From: Trichomonas gallinae | Taxonomy: Eukaryota | DNA: 64,000 nucleotides | Reading direction: 5' to 3' | Assembly (NCBI GenBank): GCA_008369845.1 | Contig: MRSU01004894.1 | Span: 1 to 64,000 of the forward strand | In this document: one piece after another, positions 43,514 to 55,842 of the stretch | Position numbering within the stretch: position 1 is the stretch's first letter | Layout of the letters: every line of letters begins with the position of its first letter | Translations under genes and position numbers: made by a program | The notes under the pieces: model-generated | What the model was told of the DNA's origin: nothing | Databases searched by the model: none | Seen by the model: the letters and a program-made list of their open reading frames with translations, nothing else

Positions 43514-44473
43514 TTAATTAGCATTAACAGTTGGGTTGCACTTAGAATTTGAACCAAGAAGGTTCAGTCTGGATGATCTTAAGACTTGTGGTAATGATAA
43601 TGCGGATCCTTTTCTTTCGTGTAACTTTGGCTTAACTATTAAGTTATGGGATCTAGTGTAATTGTTCATACCAGAGAGTGGTAAGTTCTCTTCTTCTTCA
43701 ATAAAGTATGGCATGCTTAATAATTTTTGAACATTTGCGCGATGTTGTGGATTAACCTCTAAGCAAGCAGTGATCACATCCCTGAGGTTCTGGTTCTGTA
43801 TTAAAGCATCTTCGTACTTGCCAGCACAGATTTTTTGCTTTAATTCATTGACATCTAAACTGAAAAATGGGTATTTTCGTGTTGCCATGAAATAAAGAGT
43901 AACACCAATAGCCCAAATATCAGCAACGATTGGGTTGTAATCATCCTTTCCAAAGATTTCGGGCGCCATATAGATAATTGTTCCTTTGAAGAGTGAGCAT
44001 TGATAGTTTTGGTCATAGAAAGATGATAAACCAAAATCTCCAATCTTAAGTCTGCCATATTTATCCTGTAAGAAGTTAGATGGCTTAATATCGCAATGGG
44101 CAATATTCTTATCGTGGCAAGCTTTGACTGCACAGATAACATCTTGTGAATATCTAAGTAACTCTGTTTCTGTAAAGAATTTTCTTTGTTTCATGATCTT
44201 TTCTAGATCGGTTGGGCAATATTCCATCACCATGTAGACATGATCCTCAAACTTATAGTAGTTGTACAATTGGACGATGTTTGGGTCATAAAAGGACTTA
44301 AGGCAAGCAACTTCAGCTTCATTGAACAGTTTTGTTGGGATTTTCTTCACAGCGAAATAAGAATTGTACTGGTTGCTGTGTGTTAAGTATATAATGCCAT
44401 AGCCACCCTTGGCTATTGTTTCTGTATATGTGAGACCTAATGATTGTAAGAAGGCAGCTTCTTCTGGATCCAT
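43514..44473 (-). CDS. CAMK-group protein kinase (trichomonad-expanded type)
   Basis: AKGGYG, FAVKKI, HCDIKPSN, DFG, GTIIYMAPE, DIWAIG. Confidence 0.92.
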   Translation of the reverse strand: MDPEEAAFLQSLGLTYTETIAKGGYGIIYLTHSNQYNSYFAVKKIPTKLFNEAEVACLKSFYDPNIVQLYNYYKFEDHVYMVMEYCPTDLEKIMKQRKFFTETELLRYSQDVICAVKACHDKNIAHCDIKPSNFLQDKYGRLKIGDFGLSSFYDQNYQCSLFKGTIIYMAPEIFGKDDYNPIVADIWAIGVTLYFMATRKYPFFSLDVNELKQKICAGKYEDALIQNQNLRDVITACLEVNPQHRANVQKLLSMPYFIEEEENLPLSGMNNYTRSHNLIVKPKLHERKGSALSLPQVLRSSRLNLLGSNSKCNPTVNAN

Positions 44474-45977
44474 TATTTGAATAATAATAATTTTAAAAAT
44501 TTGAGTACAGCTCTCAAAATTGATTTACTAAAATATATGTTTAAAATACTATTATGAATATAATGTTTAAATTTCAAAAAATTGCATTCAATTGGAGAAA
44601 TTCAATGAGCTACTAAAAATCGGAAGATTTCGACTTAGTATTTATAGTAGATAATTTTTATTCGATATATAGATTGAAAGCATTCTCAATTGAAACTCTC
44701 AAAAATTGAATTAAAGAATATTTTTGAATGATTATATTTGAACTTGTAAAATTATTGCTGAAACATTAATATTATTAATCATACAATTGAATAATGATAA
44801 AGTTTTGACCAATTACGATATAATGTCAGAAACTCTATATTACAGTTCTGTATCACATATAGATGCATATTTCATCAGAAAATTTAAGTTTTTGAATCAA
44901 TTTGCATTACTTTTCGCCAATTTCCGAAAATCTTTTGATCAATAGCACTAGAATAGGCAGTATGTATCATACAATAACAAATGCTCGTAAATTTCAAGGG
45001 AAAATATTATATCGGATTAATAGTGAAATATAAGATCCAATTATTCTATAAAATCTGAAAATGCAAAAATCTCTTTCCAAAACTCAAATTTGTATCTGAA
45101 ACGTGTAAAAAATTGCTAGCTGTTCAATTCTTTTCAAAAATTTGAATGTTCATAAAACTCATAAAATATTGCTATATTTAATAACTTCAATTTAAATTGC
45201 GTCGTTTTATTTTAAATGATTGTCAATTTCTCAAAATTGATAGCAAAATATTTTACTCGTATAAATAATCTAATATATGTCAATAGCAATTTAAACATGA
45301 CAAAACTTGTATCCTCTCAAATGTTGTTTTGTAATGGTTATTTTGTGAAAAGGAAATAATATTAATATAATATCCTATTTCTAAACAAGTAAACGACCAA
45401 ATATTAAAAATTGATTATATACAGTTCGCTTTTAATATTCATAACATGCCTAGTATTACTATCTAAATTTCAAGTTTTTAGTCATTTTTCCGGCGGCAGT
45501 TCTCAATTTTTTTCATTATCAAACATTACATTTCTGAACTTTTCACATTTCAGATTCAAATACCTTAGAGCCACATATTTCGAATTCTTGAAGCAATATT
45601 TCTGATTTCTTAAGCATCATGAATTTTCATGTTGATTTTTTACATGGCATATTTATACTTTACACTACATGTTTTCATTACATTATCTCATCGGAATGGA
45701 TAAAATTAGATTTGAGAATTGACTTCCTTTCCTTTATTGTTAAATCCACTAATATATCTAGTATTTGTTGATAAATCTCGTTTTTATTCCAATTATAGCT
45801 CCAACGTTGGTGCTCAGAATAAAAACTTACTTTTTAGTGACTAGATGCATTAAATATGACTAGCTATCAAGTCTTTATTAATCATAACAATATAGATATA
45901 GTTAACATGTTTATTTCTGTTCATCAGATGAATTCGTAAATACAAACATATAATATAAGATCTCTATAATAACTTGA

Positions 45978-47609
45978 TCATTCAACATCTTCCCAGCTTG
46001 AATCATCGTCATCTGGATTTGGAACCCAGCCTTCTTCTTCTTTAAATGTCTTACCAGGATAAATGCTGAATCCAGGAATATCATCGCTATCATCAGATTC
46101 ATGCTCCTCTTCGTCATAGTTATCTGAGTTTTGTTCTCTCAGCTGCTCCATGTATTTCTTGAATATTTCCTGTGGATCTTCTTCACATGGTGGTGGAGGA
46201 TTTTCTAGAAGCTCTATTGCCTTGTCTACAAAGATGTCATACATTGCTCCATAATCTTTCTCTTGGTCATCCAAGATTTCGTTTGTTGCATCCTGAAAAT
46301 CAATCTTTGATAATGCGTCGATTGTTTTAAGAGCAAGTTTTGGATCTTGGAAGGAAATATTGAGCAATTTGAGTAGCAACTTAAGGCAAAAATCAACAAC
46401 TATTTCACTTTGGCATTCAATCAGTTCGTAAACAGTATCAAGATATTCATTTTCAATAATATATCTTATTACACGACCAATATCTCTTTCTACTAATATA
46501 GAGAGTGTCTCAATTACTGTTTTTCGCATATCCAATGATCCGAATGATAATATGTTCATTAATTCAAAAATAACGTTAGATTTGAATATTTCTTCTTCAG
46601 ATGCACTTCCATGATTAAATGCATTAATTAATATGTCGCACATCATCTGTAACTCTTTGTTTTCATGTGATATTGAAACGGCATTGATTATGAGATCCCA
46701 AGGAACTAAAACAGCATCTTCTATGATCTTTGGTGACGGACATGTGAGAATTTTGGCCCAAAATTCAAGAATTGAAATTCTTAATTCTAATTCTCCAGTG
46801 CAATAGGCAGCAAATAACTTGTTTGGACCAATTGTTTTCATGAAGTAAGCAATATGCTGAATACTTTTTGTGCAAAACATATGAATAACTTCTATATCAT
46901 ATTCAGTGAGTGTAGAAAGATCACTTCTGAATGTCGGTAAATACATATCTGTTATAAAATGGCCGAGATTTAATGGTATTTCTACATTTTCGTCAGATAA
47001 AATTGAATGAAAAATTGATGTGATCAATTTCATGTGTTCTACTTTATGAAATTCGTTATATAATAATGCATATATTTCGAATCCATTGAGTGCAACAAAC
47101 TGTACCTTTGAACTTTTTCCATCGTGAATAATATTTTTTAATAATGTAAGCGCGAGAATTCCATATTTGAATGTGTCCGCTCTTGAGCATTGCTCGACAA
47201 CAAAAAACATCAGAAAATTAATGAAATCTTCGTATTCAAATGATTCATAATCAGAAGATTGAACTGCGCTCCAAGCAATGGCGGCATTGAACGCTTGACA
47301 CATGACATTTAAAGGATATTTAGGTGTAATTAGTTGAACAAGTGTTTCTGTAACATGGAATTTATATAAATCTTCAGGAATATTATCTTTGTTTTGAATA
47401 ATTGCTGTTTTAAAGAATACTAAATCTCTATGGATAAGATTTAAGTCATTGTTTTGTATTGAATGAACTAAAACTTGCATTTGTTCAACAATATCTAAAT
47501 GCAGGCCCAATTTCGGTGTCGTATTAACATTAAAACCTTCAAACATCGGTTTTTTATCAGGTTTCATCTCATTTAAAAAGTCTGATTCATCGGACAACTT
47601 GAAATACAT
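45978..47609 (-). CDS. ARM/HEAT-like helical repeat protein with acidic tail
   Basis: Long amphipathic-helix ORF with an Asp/Glu-rich C-terminus; first ATG at 47609 (MYFKLSD). Confidence 0.7.
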   Translation of the reverse strand: MYFKLSDESDFLNEMKPDKKPMFEGFNVNTTPKLGLHLDIVEQMQVLVHSIQNNDLNLIHRDLVFFKTAIIQNKDNIPEDLYKFHVTETLVQLITPKYPLNVMCQAFNAAIAWSAVQSSDYESFEYEDFINFLMFFVVEQCSRADTFKYGILALTLLKNIIHDGKSSKVQFVALNGFEIYALLYNEFHKVEHMKLITSIFHSILSDENVEIPLNLGHFITDMYLPTFRSDLSTLTEYDIEVIHMFCTKSIQHIAYFMKTIGPNKLFAAYCTGELELRISILEFWAKILTCPSPKIIEDAVLVPWDLIINAVSISHENKELQMMCDILINAFNHGSASEEEIFKSNVIFELMNILSFGSLDMRKTVIETLSILVERDIGRVIRYIIENEYLDTVYELIECQSEIVVDFCLKLLLKLLNISFQDPKLALKTIDALSKIDFQDATNEILDDQEKDYGAMYDIFVDKAIELLENPPPPCEEDPQEIFKKYMEQLREQNSDNYDEEEHESDDSDDIPGFSIYPGKTFKEEEGWVPNPDDDDSSWEDVE

Positions 47610-48201
47610 AGTTTTGACAAAAATTTTATTTACACGACAAATATTGCAGTCAAATTTCGACAAAATTGATTTACATGACAAATATCAAGCATGAAAAATG
47701 AAATAATAACTCGCATGTATTTACTTAATAAATTTCAGATCATGGGTAGTTTGGACATATTATAAGCAGTATGATACCTTCTCTTATAATTAGTTTAATT
47801 TTGGTTCTCTTTTGCAAGTGGTCAAGATTTTCTCTGATAAGTCATTTGGCCGCATGAATATTAACTTCCCTAAAATTTCTGTCACCCAACCTCTAAATTA
47901 ATTACTTTACATGACAAATCATTGCCAAAAATACGTTAGTAATATCAAAAAATATTTTACATGACAAAAACATTTTTAGTCAAAAAGTACGTTTATTTTT
48001 GGCATGTAAACAATTATTTTGACAAATAAAATCCGGTATTTTTTTAGCAAAAATATCTCCCAAATATAAAATATTTTATAAGTTATGAGGTTGTTGCAAT
48101 CTGGTGCAACTTTACAATTACCACTTTTTCTATCACTTTGCTTTTCAAAAGCTGTCACTTTTAGAATAAATAAATTTTACAATAGGGAAAAAAACTTGAT
48201 A

Positions 48202-49737
48202 ATGTCTGATTATTCAACATCACGAAGCGATGAAGAGCATCATAGAAAGAAGTATAAAACAAGGGTAAAACAGCGGGTTATTAAGTACAGGCTGCGAAAT
48301 CCTCCTTCAAACGTTCCTCCAAAGGCCTCTTCAGCATCAACGATTGAAAAATACCTCGCCGATGTTAACGATTCTGATGAAACAGTGATTCCTAACGATG
48401 GCAGCGCCGATCGTACATTAATGACCTTGTTTGACATGCTCGAACTTGATCAAAAAACTCGCGATTTTTGCATGAAGCTAAACTATATTAAATTCCCATC
48501 AGAAACCGAATGGAGGGCAGACCCTACCAACCCAGAGGTCCCAACTGCGGCTTCTTTACCACAACTTTTGCTTTGTTTGACCGATCCAGATAACAACGTT
48601 AAAGGTTTTCACAACGATTTTATCATCACAATACCATCATTCACAACACCAAATGTCGTTTTAGGCGCAATTTTTGCGAGATTTTTCGCTGATACAACAA
48701 AGGAAGGATGCAATATAACGGAAGAAAAACTTAAGACTGTCAGAAGCCGTATTCTCGGCATGTTCCAGAGAGTATGGGTTAGATACGCCGCTTTTCAGTT
48801 AACGAATCCACAGATTTTCAAGGCTCTAGAATTTTTCTCAGAATCCGTTTTGAAACTTGTCGGTCCATCATCAGGTATGGTTATCAAAAGCGCACTCAAG
48901 ACGTTGGAAGGTAAGACCGGTTCTGTTCAGTTTAATACGGCAATTTACGAAATATGCACAACACCAGGATTGCCTGAGAGCGAATGGACTCTCCTCAATA
49001 TTCCAGAAGTAGAGCTTGTCCGCCAAATCAATTATTTCCACATGACGCAATTCTTCAACATTCTTCCTCTCGATTTGCTCGATGCAGCCTGGGGATCGAA
49101 GACCGGATACAAAGCTAAGAACATCGAAGACATGACTAATCATTTTAATGACTTTTCTTGCTTTGTTTCTAGATCCATTATTAATCACAGCGAAGATCCT
49201 CATGAAAGAGCTAGGATTCTTAAACGTTGGATTGATGTCGCTTATCTGTGCCTCCATCCTGATGAAGATACGGCACCTTACACACACTTTGTTAATTTCC
49301 ATGCAGTTTTCGCAATTGTTTACGGACTTACCCACAGAGCTATTCAGCGTCTTGCTGAGACACAGAAGTTTGCAGCCAAGACAAATAAATCCCGTCAGAA
49401 CCATTTCCAGGAAATGAAAGACCTTACAGATCCAGTTGGCGGCTTCAAGACATACAGAGAACAAGTTGCTGATGCCGTCAAGTGCGTCCCATTCATGGGT
49501 GCCTTCCAGAAAGATCTTGTTTATATTACAGAATTCTTCCCGAATGAAATTGATGGACTTATCAACTTCAACAAGTGTTCTGAAATTGTTAAGCTCTACA
49601 AATTTGTAGAAAAATACCAGGAAAGAACAAATATTATTCCAAACTTGAGAATCCAGGAGCTTATTCGCAAGATTCCAAAGGCTATCGATGTTGTTCAACT
49701 TATGCAGGAATCTCAGAAGGTTGAGCCGAAGAAATAA
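48202..49737 (+). CDS. RasGEF (REM + CDC25 domain)
   Basis: AASLPQLL..LT, DFIITIPSFTTP, ELVRQI, HFND.S.FV..I, RARILKRWI, NFHAVFAIV.GL...AIQRL, CVPFMG..QKDL..I.E..PN..DGLINF.K; start taken at ATG 48202. Confidence 0.92.
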   Translation: MSDYSTSRSDEEHHRKKYKTRVKQRVIKYRLRNPPSNVPPKASSASTIEKYLADVNDSDETVIPNDGSADRTLMTLFDMLELDQKTRDFCMKLNYIKFPSETEWRADPTNPEVPTAASLPQLLLCLTDPDNNVKGFHNDFIITIPSFTTPNVVLGAIFARFFADTTKEGCNITEEKLKTVRSRILGMFQRVWVRYAAFQLTNPQIFKALEFFSESVLKLVGPSSGMVIKSALKTLEGKTGSVQFNTAIYEICTTPGLPESEWTLLNIPEVELVRQINYFHMTQFFNILPLDLLDAAWGSKTGYKAKNIEDMTNHFNDFSCFVSRSIINHSEDPHERARILKRWIDVAYLCLHPDEDTAPYTHFVNFHAVFAIVYGLTHRAIQRLAETQKFAAKTNKSRQNHFQEMKDLTDPVGGFKTYREQVADAVKCVPFMGAFQKDLVYITEFFPNEIDGLINFNKCSEIVKLYKFVEKYQERTNIIPNLRIQELIRKIPKAIDVVQLMQESQKVEPKK

Positions 49738-50003
49738 ATTTTTTGTCCAATTAAATTTTATTTTAATTAAATACCTATTGATTTTAGCATCTTTTGTCTC
49801 TTTTTAAAATATTTCCAAAGCTCAAAAGCAAATAATTGAGAAAAATATTAAATGTTATCTGTGAAAATTTAGATTTTGAATGTTGAAACCTTTTCATAAT
49901 AAAGAACATGTTCGAAAAACGAATTCCGGTGAAATATTTTGATGAATTTTTTAAGAACGTTATGATTATGTATAAGAAAAATCTTAAAAAAAAAGAAATA
50001 TTT

Positions 50004-51026
50004 TTAGTATTTGCGAAGTGTGTCTCTTGCCAGTGTAATAGTACGTGTATTATCATCAGTTGATGGAACTCCAATCATTTCCTTAAGGAGTTTCAAGTCG
50101 ATAATTGTATCAGTAAGTGGCTTCATGATTTCCTGGCGATCTAAGCCCTCAATTTGAGTAATCCATGGGTGCCTAAGAAGCTGTGGAATTGTACATCTGT
50201 TCTTTGGATCTTTGCTCATTGTATGGGCGATGAAGTCCTTGAATTCCTTTGTAACAGCGCGGGGAGCTCTGAATCCTGGGAATCCGTGATGTGCGATATT
50301 CATCATGGCCTTCGTTGGCTCTAATTCGCAATATGGTGGAGCTCCTTCGACGAGCTCTATCGTTGTTGCACCAATTGACCAGATATCGGCTGGATAGCTA
50401 TAAGGTTGGGCATTAATAACTTCTGGGGCCATCCAGTAAGGGGTTCCAATAGAAGACATCGTATTAAGTGTTCCACCGGAGAAATCACGAGAAATACCGA
50501 AGTCTGTAAGTCTTGTCTGTCCATCACTCATAATTAAAATGTTTGCCGCTTTAATATCTCTATGAAGCACTTTATGCTTTGTATGGAGGATGTATATGCC
50601 AGTGAGAACATCTTTAATTACAATGGCAGCCTGTTTTTCTGTGAGACAGAGATTTCTAAAATCGATCATATCACGTAATGATCCTCTATCGCAATACTCC
50701 ATGAGAATCATTGGCTGATCATTAAATGTAATATTTCCGTAGTATTGGACTGTATATGGGCTGCTGATTTTCTTAAGTAAATCTATTTCTTTGGTAAGTG
50801 AAGTTTTTGCACTAGCACTCATAGATTCTTCATTAACGGCTTTACCGGCTAAATGGAATCCGGAAGGAATATGCTCGAGCTCATAAACTGCTCCGAATCC
50901 TCCACGTCCGATTTCGCGTACAATCTTAAAATTATCCTCTGATTTGCATGACGGATCGAAAGTCCACTTCATATCAGTGCCAACATGGACGGTATGTGTC
51001 ACGCTCGTTGGATTGCTAATTTTCAT
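50004..51026 (-). CDS. STE20-family kinase with N-terminal CRIB/PBD motif
   Basis: ISNPTSVTHTVHVG (CRIB), GRGGFG, HRDIKAANIL, DFG, GTPYWMAPEV; first in-frame ATG at 51026. Confidence 0.92.
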   Translation of the reverse strand: MKISNPTSVTHTVHVGTDMKWTFDPSCKSEDNFKIVREIGRGGFGAVYELEHIPSGFHLAGKAVNEESMSASAKTSLTKEIDLLKKISSPYTVQYYGNITFNDQPMILMEYCDRGSLRDMIDFRNLCLTEKQAAIVIKDVLTGIYILHTKHKVLHRDIKAANILIMSDGQTRLTDFGISRDFSGGTLNTMSSIGTPYWMAPEVINAQPYSYPADIWSIGATTIELVEGAPPYCELEPTKAMMNIAHHGFPGFRAPRAVTKEFKDFIAHTMSKDPKNRCTIPQLLRHPWITQIEGLDRQEIMKPLTDTIIDLKLLKEMIGVPSTDDNTRTITLARDTLRKY

Positions 51027-51599
51027 CTGTTTTTGTTTTGTTGTCACGTTTCATATAAAATAATCGATTTATTATTTTTTGTTGCTTTTATCGCTTTTTT
51101 GTGGCGTTTGCCATGCTGCAGCTGATATTAATAGTCAAAAACCTGAAATATTTATTTATAAAAAAGACGGGTCCCGCTCTTCTGTTACTTAAAATATGAG
51201 CTGCTCAATATATAACAAGTCATCCATCAAAATATTAGATGTTGTATACAGTATATTTATTTTATCGCGATGATCTGATTTCTTAGTTATCGGTTTCAGC
51301 ACATTCATATACACATTCTAATGTATATACTTCCTATTTCTTTGCTTAACTTATCTCAAAATCGATTTATTTTTGTATCATATTTCATATAACAAAAACT
51401 AAACATTTCATCATTATACCAGTATATTCCTAACCTTTTATTGTCTATAATTAATAATGAAAAATGTCACAATTTGACGTTTGAAAAAAATAACAAAATA
51501 GATTTGAGATAGGATAACATTTCAAATTTGTATGATGCATATTTCCTAATAACAAAATATTTTAGCTTTAATAACAATATTAATGAAAATGATGAATAA

Positions 51600-52058
51600 T
51601 TATATTTTTGCGAGAATTTCTTGTGGTGCATGTACAATGGACTCATGGGGAGCTATTGAAAGAAAATGTTCAATTTCTTTTGAAAGCTCGTATATTTTTA
51701 GTGACCATGAATCTGTTTCTGTCTTTGGAATATGTGCGAAATATTCGGCTGCCTCCTTCTGTAGAGTATCAGCAGCAATCCAAATCAGAGATTGCTTCAC
51801 GTTATTATATTTTTTTGCGTTTGCCCAAACGAGAGAGACGTCTTTGTACCAATCTGCTGATGTTTTATATGTTTTGTTTGCTAATTTAGTTTTCACTGTT
51901 CCTAAATCCATAGGATGCGTGATAATATCTAAATAATCAGGCGCATTGTCTTTTTCTGGATCAACGGGTCTCTTAAATATGCACGCCAGCGGGTGTTCGT
52001 AAAGTATGTCTGTCTTTTCTTTTAGATACGCAAATTCAATTGGAGTCAATTCAACCAT
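51600..52058 (-). CDS. Single-bromodomain protein
   Basis: F.RPVDP..APDY..II.HPMDLGTV, W.NAKKYN (acetyl-Lys-binding Asn retained); ATG at 52058. Confidence 0.93.
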   Translation of the reverse strand: MVELTPIEFAYLKEKTDILYEHPLACIFKRPVDPEKDNAPDYLDIITHPMDLGTVKTKLANKTYKTSADWYKDVSLVWANAKKYNNVKQSLIWIAADTLQKEAAEYFAHIPKTETDSWSLKIYELSKEIEHFLSIAPHESIVHAPQEILAKI

Positions 52059-52858
52059 TATCAATAAAAAGTGACAAATTTAAAAAAAATCATTTTTCAT
52101 TCTTATCTATAGATTTTTTAAAATAAATTTTATTATATTTTAGCTTTAGTATAACCATTTTAGCTATAAAAGATATCAAAAAGTTATGCAAACATTTTTA
52201 CATGATGGATTGTCATATTTTTAGTTGCAAAATTATTAAAAATTCTCTTAACTAAATTTATTATGGTATAGCTTATGTAGATTTAAACTTGATTGTAGGA
52301 AACTGTTCAATCATTTATGCTTCTAGATATATATCAATTCTATAATCACTGGAGTTCTGATAAGACATTAACGTTCATAAACTGTAATGTTGTAACATAA
52401 GAATGCGAAGCTGTTTACAATTTATCAAATGGAATCAAACAAATAATAACAGAAATAAAAGTATCAGAACAATCGAAAATTATAGTGATTATGATGTACA
52501 AGCTCTCGCTATTGAATCGTTCCTGAACACTTTTATGATGTATAACTGAATTCCAAAAGTCGTCCAGACCAAATAATTGATAGTTCTCATAGAATAATTC
52601 AATAATTGCTATTGAAAAATGGAACAAAACTTTAATGATCATCCCAAAATTTTTGGATATAAAAGTGACAAAATTTGAATGATATCCATAGAATCATTCT
52701 ATGAGTTATCACAAAAAAAAATCGCATCCATTTTGATTTTGAATCACGGGTTAGAATATTGTTGAGTCAAAAATAGCACACTATATGTAGGGATGATGTA
52801 CTACTAGACAAAGCCAAATATGTTATTTCACGAAAAAATATAAATAAAATAAATACAA

Positions 52859-55252
52859 TTACACCAATGTTCCAATTCTTACGCGCTTTCTATGTCTTGT
52901 TCCTGAAGAAGATGACTGTGTGTTGTTAGTGTTGCTGTTCAAGTCGTCGTTTGTCGGGGTCCTTTCTATACGAACCTCAGCTACTGGTTCGTTCGTCGGA
53001 ATAACTTCTTCTGTCTCGACTTTCTGCAGCTTTCCGTAACCAGGGGACTCCATCTTTGAGTGGCTCCTTATCACTCTCCTCCTCTTCACTTCACTCTGTG
53101 TTAACTCTTCTTGTGTTTCTTCAGCAGTTTCGTCGCCGTCGTTGCCCAATTCAACGATCTTCTTCTTCGTCATCTCCATCAGCTTGTGTACTGCGACATC
53201 CCACAGGCCAAGCTGTTGTAAGACTAGGTATGTTCCGCCGAAAACGACTGTCAGCGCGAAAAGTATCGGATTCGCGAGGAACCATAGTATGTAGTCGCTC
53301 GCGCAGAAGAGAAAAACGATCCATGCCCACGGCGGAATGTGCTCGTTGTTGCCGCTCGCCGTGATTGACGCCCTGGCCTCCTCGTACGCGTGAATGATCA
53401 GTCTCTCGAACTTTTCTTCGATTTCTTGAGACTTTTCGACAGGAATTAAAACTTGATTCAACGGATTATTCGGAGTTTGGTCATCAGGCGACGCCAGTCT
53501 GCAGTAAGTGAACAATATCAATACCCTTCTGCCTGCTGCTCTAGATTCTTCGTAAATCTGGTTCAAATTGTGTCTTCTCGTCCAAACTCTCGGTCTTCCG
53601 TTCTTTTCGTACCTGAAACTCCTATCGAATGCTGTCTTCATCTTCATCATGATGTAGTTCGCTGACTCCTTCACTTGTGTCAGCGCGTGTCGCTGGAATC
53701 TCTTGAGTGTTGATGATGGCATCTGTGGATCTTTGACGTTTGTCTTTAGAATCTCGAAATATCTGTCATCCGTCTTCTTTGACGTCTCTTGGAGAAGGTT
53801 TCTGAGGTCTTCCCACATCTTTTGGTCAGCAATCATTAACAATTCCGCAGCTTTATCGTTGAAGGCCAGCTTCTCTTCGGCAAATATGTTCTTGTAGCAC
53901 TTGTGAGTGAGTGTTTCCTCAGAAGCCCTTCTCGCGTCGTCCATCGCTTTCACAGTCTTATATGATGGGAATTGCCACTTGTAGCCCTCGATGATGGCCT
54001 TCCTGCACATGCTGTCGAGCGATAATGTGAGTGAATCGATCTTTTCTTGAACCTGTAGATACCATTTTCCGCCAATCGTGAATGAATCCGGCAATTCGGC
54101 CATGAAACTCATGAATTCGGACGTAACCTTGCGTGCGAAGTAGTTGCAATGCTTGATAAACAAAGGCTGCAAAACTTCGCCAATTTCATCTGTGAGTTTC
54201 TTCTGAAATTCGTCCAGTGCGGCCTGCTGGTAGCGCCATGAGTTGTCGTGGTAGAATTTGTTTGCGTTTTTGATTCCTAATTCAGCAAATTCTTTAAATT
54301 TGTCTCCCAAGTTCACCGATTCGTCTGACATTGGCTGGATGATTGTCTTTGTCGCATATTCTTTGAATTTCTCGAACGCAATCTTTTCATTTTCTTCGCA
54401 TTTGAATCTCGAAAGCATTAATTTCTGTGATGGAATGTTGAGTTCTTTGTTCTCATTGATGACATCCCAGAGGTTCCTAATATACTGGCTTAGGCCTCCT
54501 CCTGGTACAACTTTGTTAGATTTGTCTTTGAATAAATATTTTTCTTGTTTTTCGTCGATAAACCATGTTCTAAGCGTGTCTATGTTTTGGTTGAACACAT
54601 CGCGTTGAATTGTCATGTGTCCAATCGAAAAGAAGTCGAATTCGAAGAAATCGTGAATATCTTTTCCTTTAAGCGAATCAGGAAGATTTATTTCTGCCCA
54701 AATATTTTCCATATCCCTGTTGATTTGGAATTTAATAACGTCGAAGTTTGGAACAGTGCAATCGCGAATTACGAATAAAATCTTGCTTTTTGTCGTATTT
54801 TGTGCTAAAAACAGCTGTACGTTGACTTCCATGACTGTCTTGAGCATTGGGAGGTTCGCAGCATTATATCTGCCAATATCTGATTCCCACATGTTAATAA
54901 TGAGTAATTCGGAAAGAGCCAAAGCGAAAAGTGATGATTTCCTTTCGAATAACGCGTCTGAGTCTCCTCTTTCTCTAGAATCGCAGCCTTCGACATCGAA
55001 TAATAAGATCGGACCGTTTTTTGCGCGTGCAGCGTGGATACCTTTAGTAGTCTGCTGCCTACCCCTCTGTTCATCCATAGTTTCGAATCTCGTGCCGAAA
55101 AGAAGGTTCATTAAGGTAGATTTACCTGAACTCTGACATCCGATGATGGAAACCATATGGTAGTCAGTGCCCACCTGGTCTATGCCGCTCCTCTCTATGT
55201 GCTCATCAAGGTCTGGAACAATCTGTCCTTCGCCTGTGATGATTTGCTCCAT
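52859..55252 (-). CDS. SEY1: SEY1/RHD3 ER-fusion dynamin-like GTPase
   Basis: GCQSSGKSTLMNLLFGT, RQQTTKG, DVEGCDSRERG, FVIRD, C-terminal IPPW plus TM hairpin. Confidence 0.95.
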   Translation of the reverse strand: MEQIITGEGQIVPDLDEHIERSGIDQVGTDYHMVSIIGCQSSGKSTLMNLLFGTRFETMDEQRGRQQTTKGIHAARAKNGPILLFDVEGCDSRERGDSDALFERKSSLFALALSELLIINMWESDIGRYNAANLPMLKTVMEVNVQLFLAQNTTKSKILFVIRDCTVPNFDVIKFQINRDMENIWAEINLPDSLKGKDIHDFFEFDFFSIGHMTIQRDVFNQNIDTLRTWFIDEKQEKYLFKDKSNKVVPGGGLSQYIRNLWDVINENKELNIPSQKLMLSRFKCEENEKIAFEKFKEYATKTIIQPMSDESVNLGDKFKEFAELGIKNANKFYHDNSWRYQQAALDEFQKKLTDEIGEVLQPLFIKHCNYFARKVTSEFMSFMAELPDSFTIGGKWYLQVQEKIDSLTLSLDSMCRKAIIEGYKWQFPSYKTVKAMDDARRASEETLTHKCYKNIFAEEKLAFNDKAAELLMIADQKMWEDLRNLLQETSKKTDDRYFEILKTNVKDPQMPSSTLKRFQRHALTQVKESANYIMMKMKTAFDRSFRYEKNGRPRVWTRRHNLNQIYEESRAAGRRVLILFTYCRLASPDDQTPNNPLNQVLIPVEKSQEIEEKFERLIIHAYEEARASITASGNNEHIPPWAWIVFLFCASDYILWFLANPILFALTVVFGGTYLVLQQLGLWDVAVHKLMEMTKKKIVELGNDGDETAEETQEELTQSEVKRRRVIRSHSKMESPGYGKLQKVETEEVIPTNEPVAEVRIERTPTNDDLNSNTNNTQSSSSGTRHRKRVRIGTLV

Positions 55253-55399
55253 TTTTTAATTTAATTTTTTTTTCTCTTCCGATCATATTTGGATTAAATT
55301 TTATTTTATTTTATACGTTAACACATGACTTGTAAATAGGAAATTTGTCGCGTAAAGTGTCAAATGAAACATTTTTTCACAGTCTTTATTCATTAAGAC

Positions 55400-55842
55400 A
55401 TATTTCATCTCTAAGAAGCTTGTGTCTTATTATAACTATTCCCTTTATCCAAAATGAAAATAACTCATTTTATCATTATGATATGAAATATTTGAGTTTT
55501 TATATGTGTTTTATAAAATAAATATTTCATCAATAATAAGTATATATCTTCTATAACTATTTACTTTATCCAAATAGTAAATAACTCATTATTTTATTTT
55601 GATATCAAATATTTTAGAATTTAATTGCGTTTTATAGTGTGAACATTTGGCTACATCTAGTATAGCATCATCTGATACCAATCTATCAGATTTACTAGCA
55701 ATAACACAATGAAAATATTAAAAAATATAATAAATTTAGTGTTTTATAGCCTGGGTATTTATATACATCTAGTATAACATCATTTCATATCAATTTTTCA
55801 GATATATTAGATTTAAACATTTGAAAATATTAAAAAATATAT
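55400..55842. repeat. Two adjacent pairs of diverged direct duplications (~121-bp and ~112-bp periods)
   Basis: tataactatt..tttatccaaa..aataactcatt at 55431 and 55552; tacatctagtata.catcat..gaaaatattaaaaaatat at 55652 and 55764. Confidence 0.8.

Noticed and set aside
44376..44387. CTTAACACACAG on the minus strand, close to the trichomonad intron 3' motif ACTAACACACAG
   Set aside because: Mismatched branch sequence, and the kinase frame is continuous and complete through it
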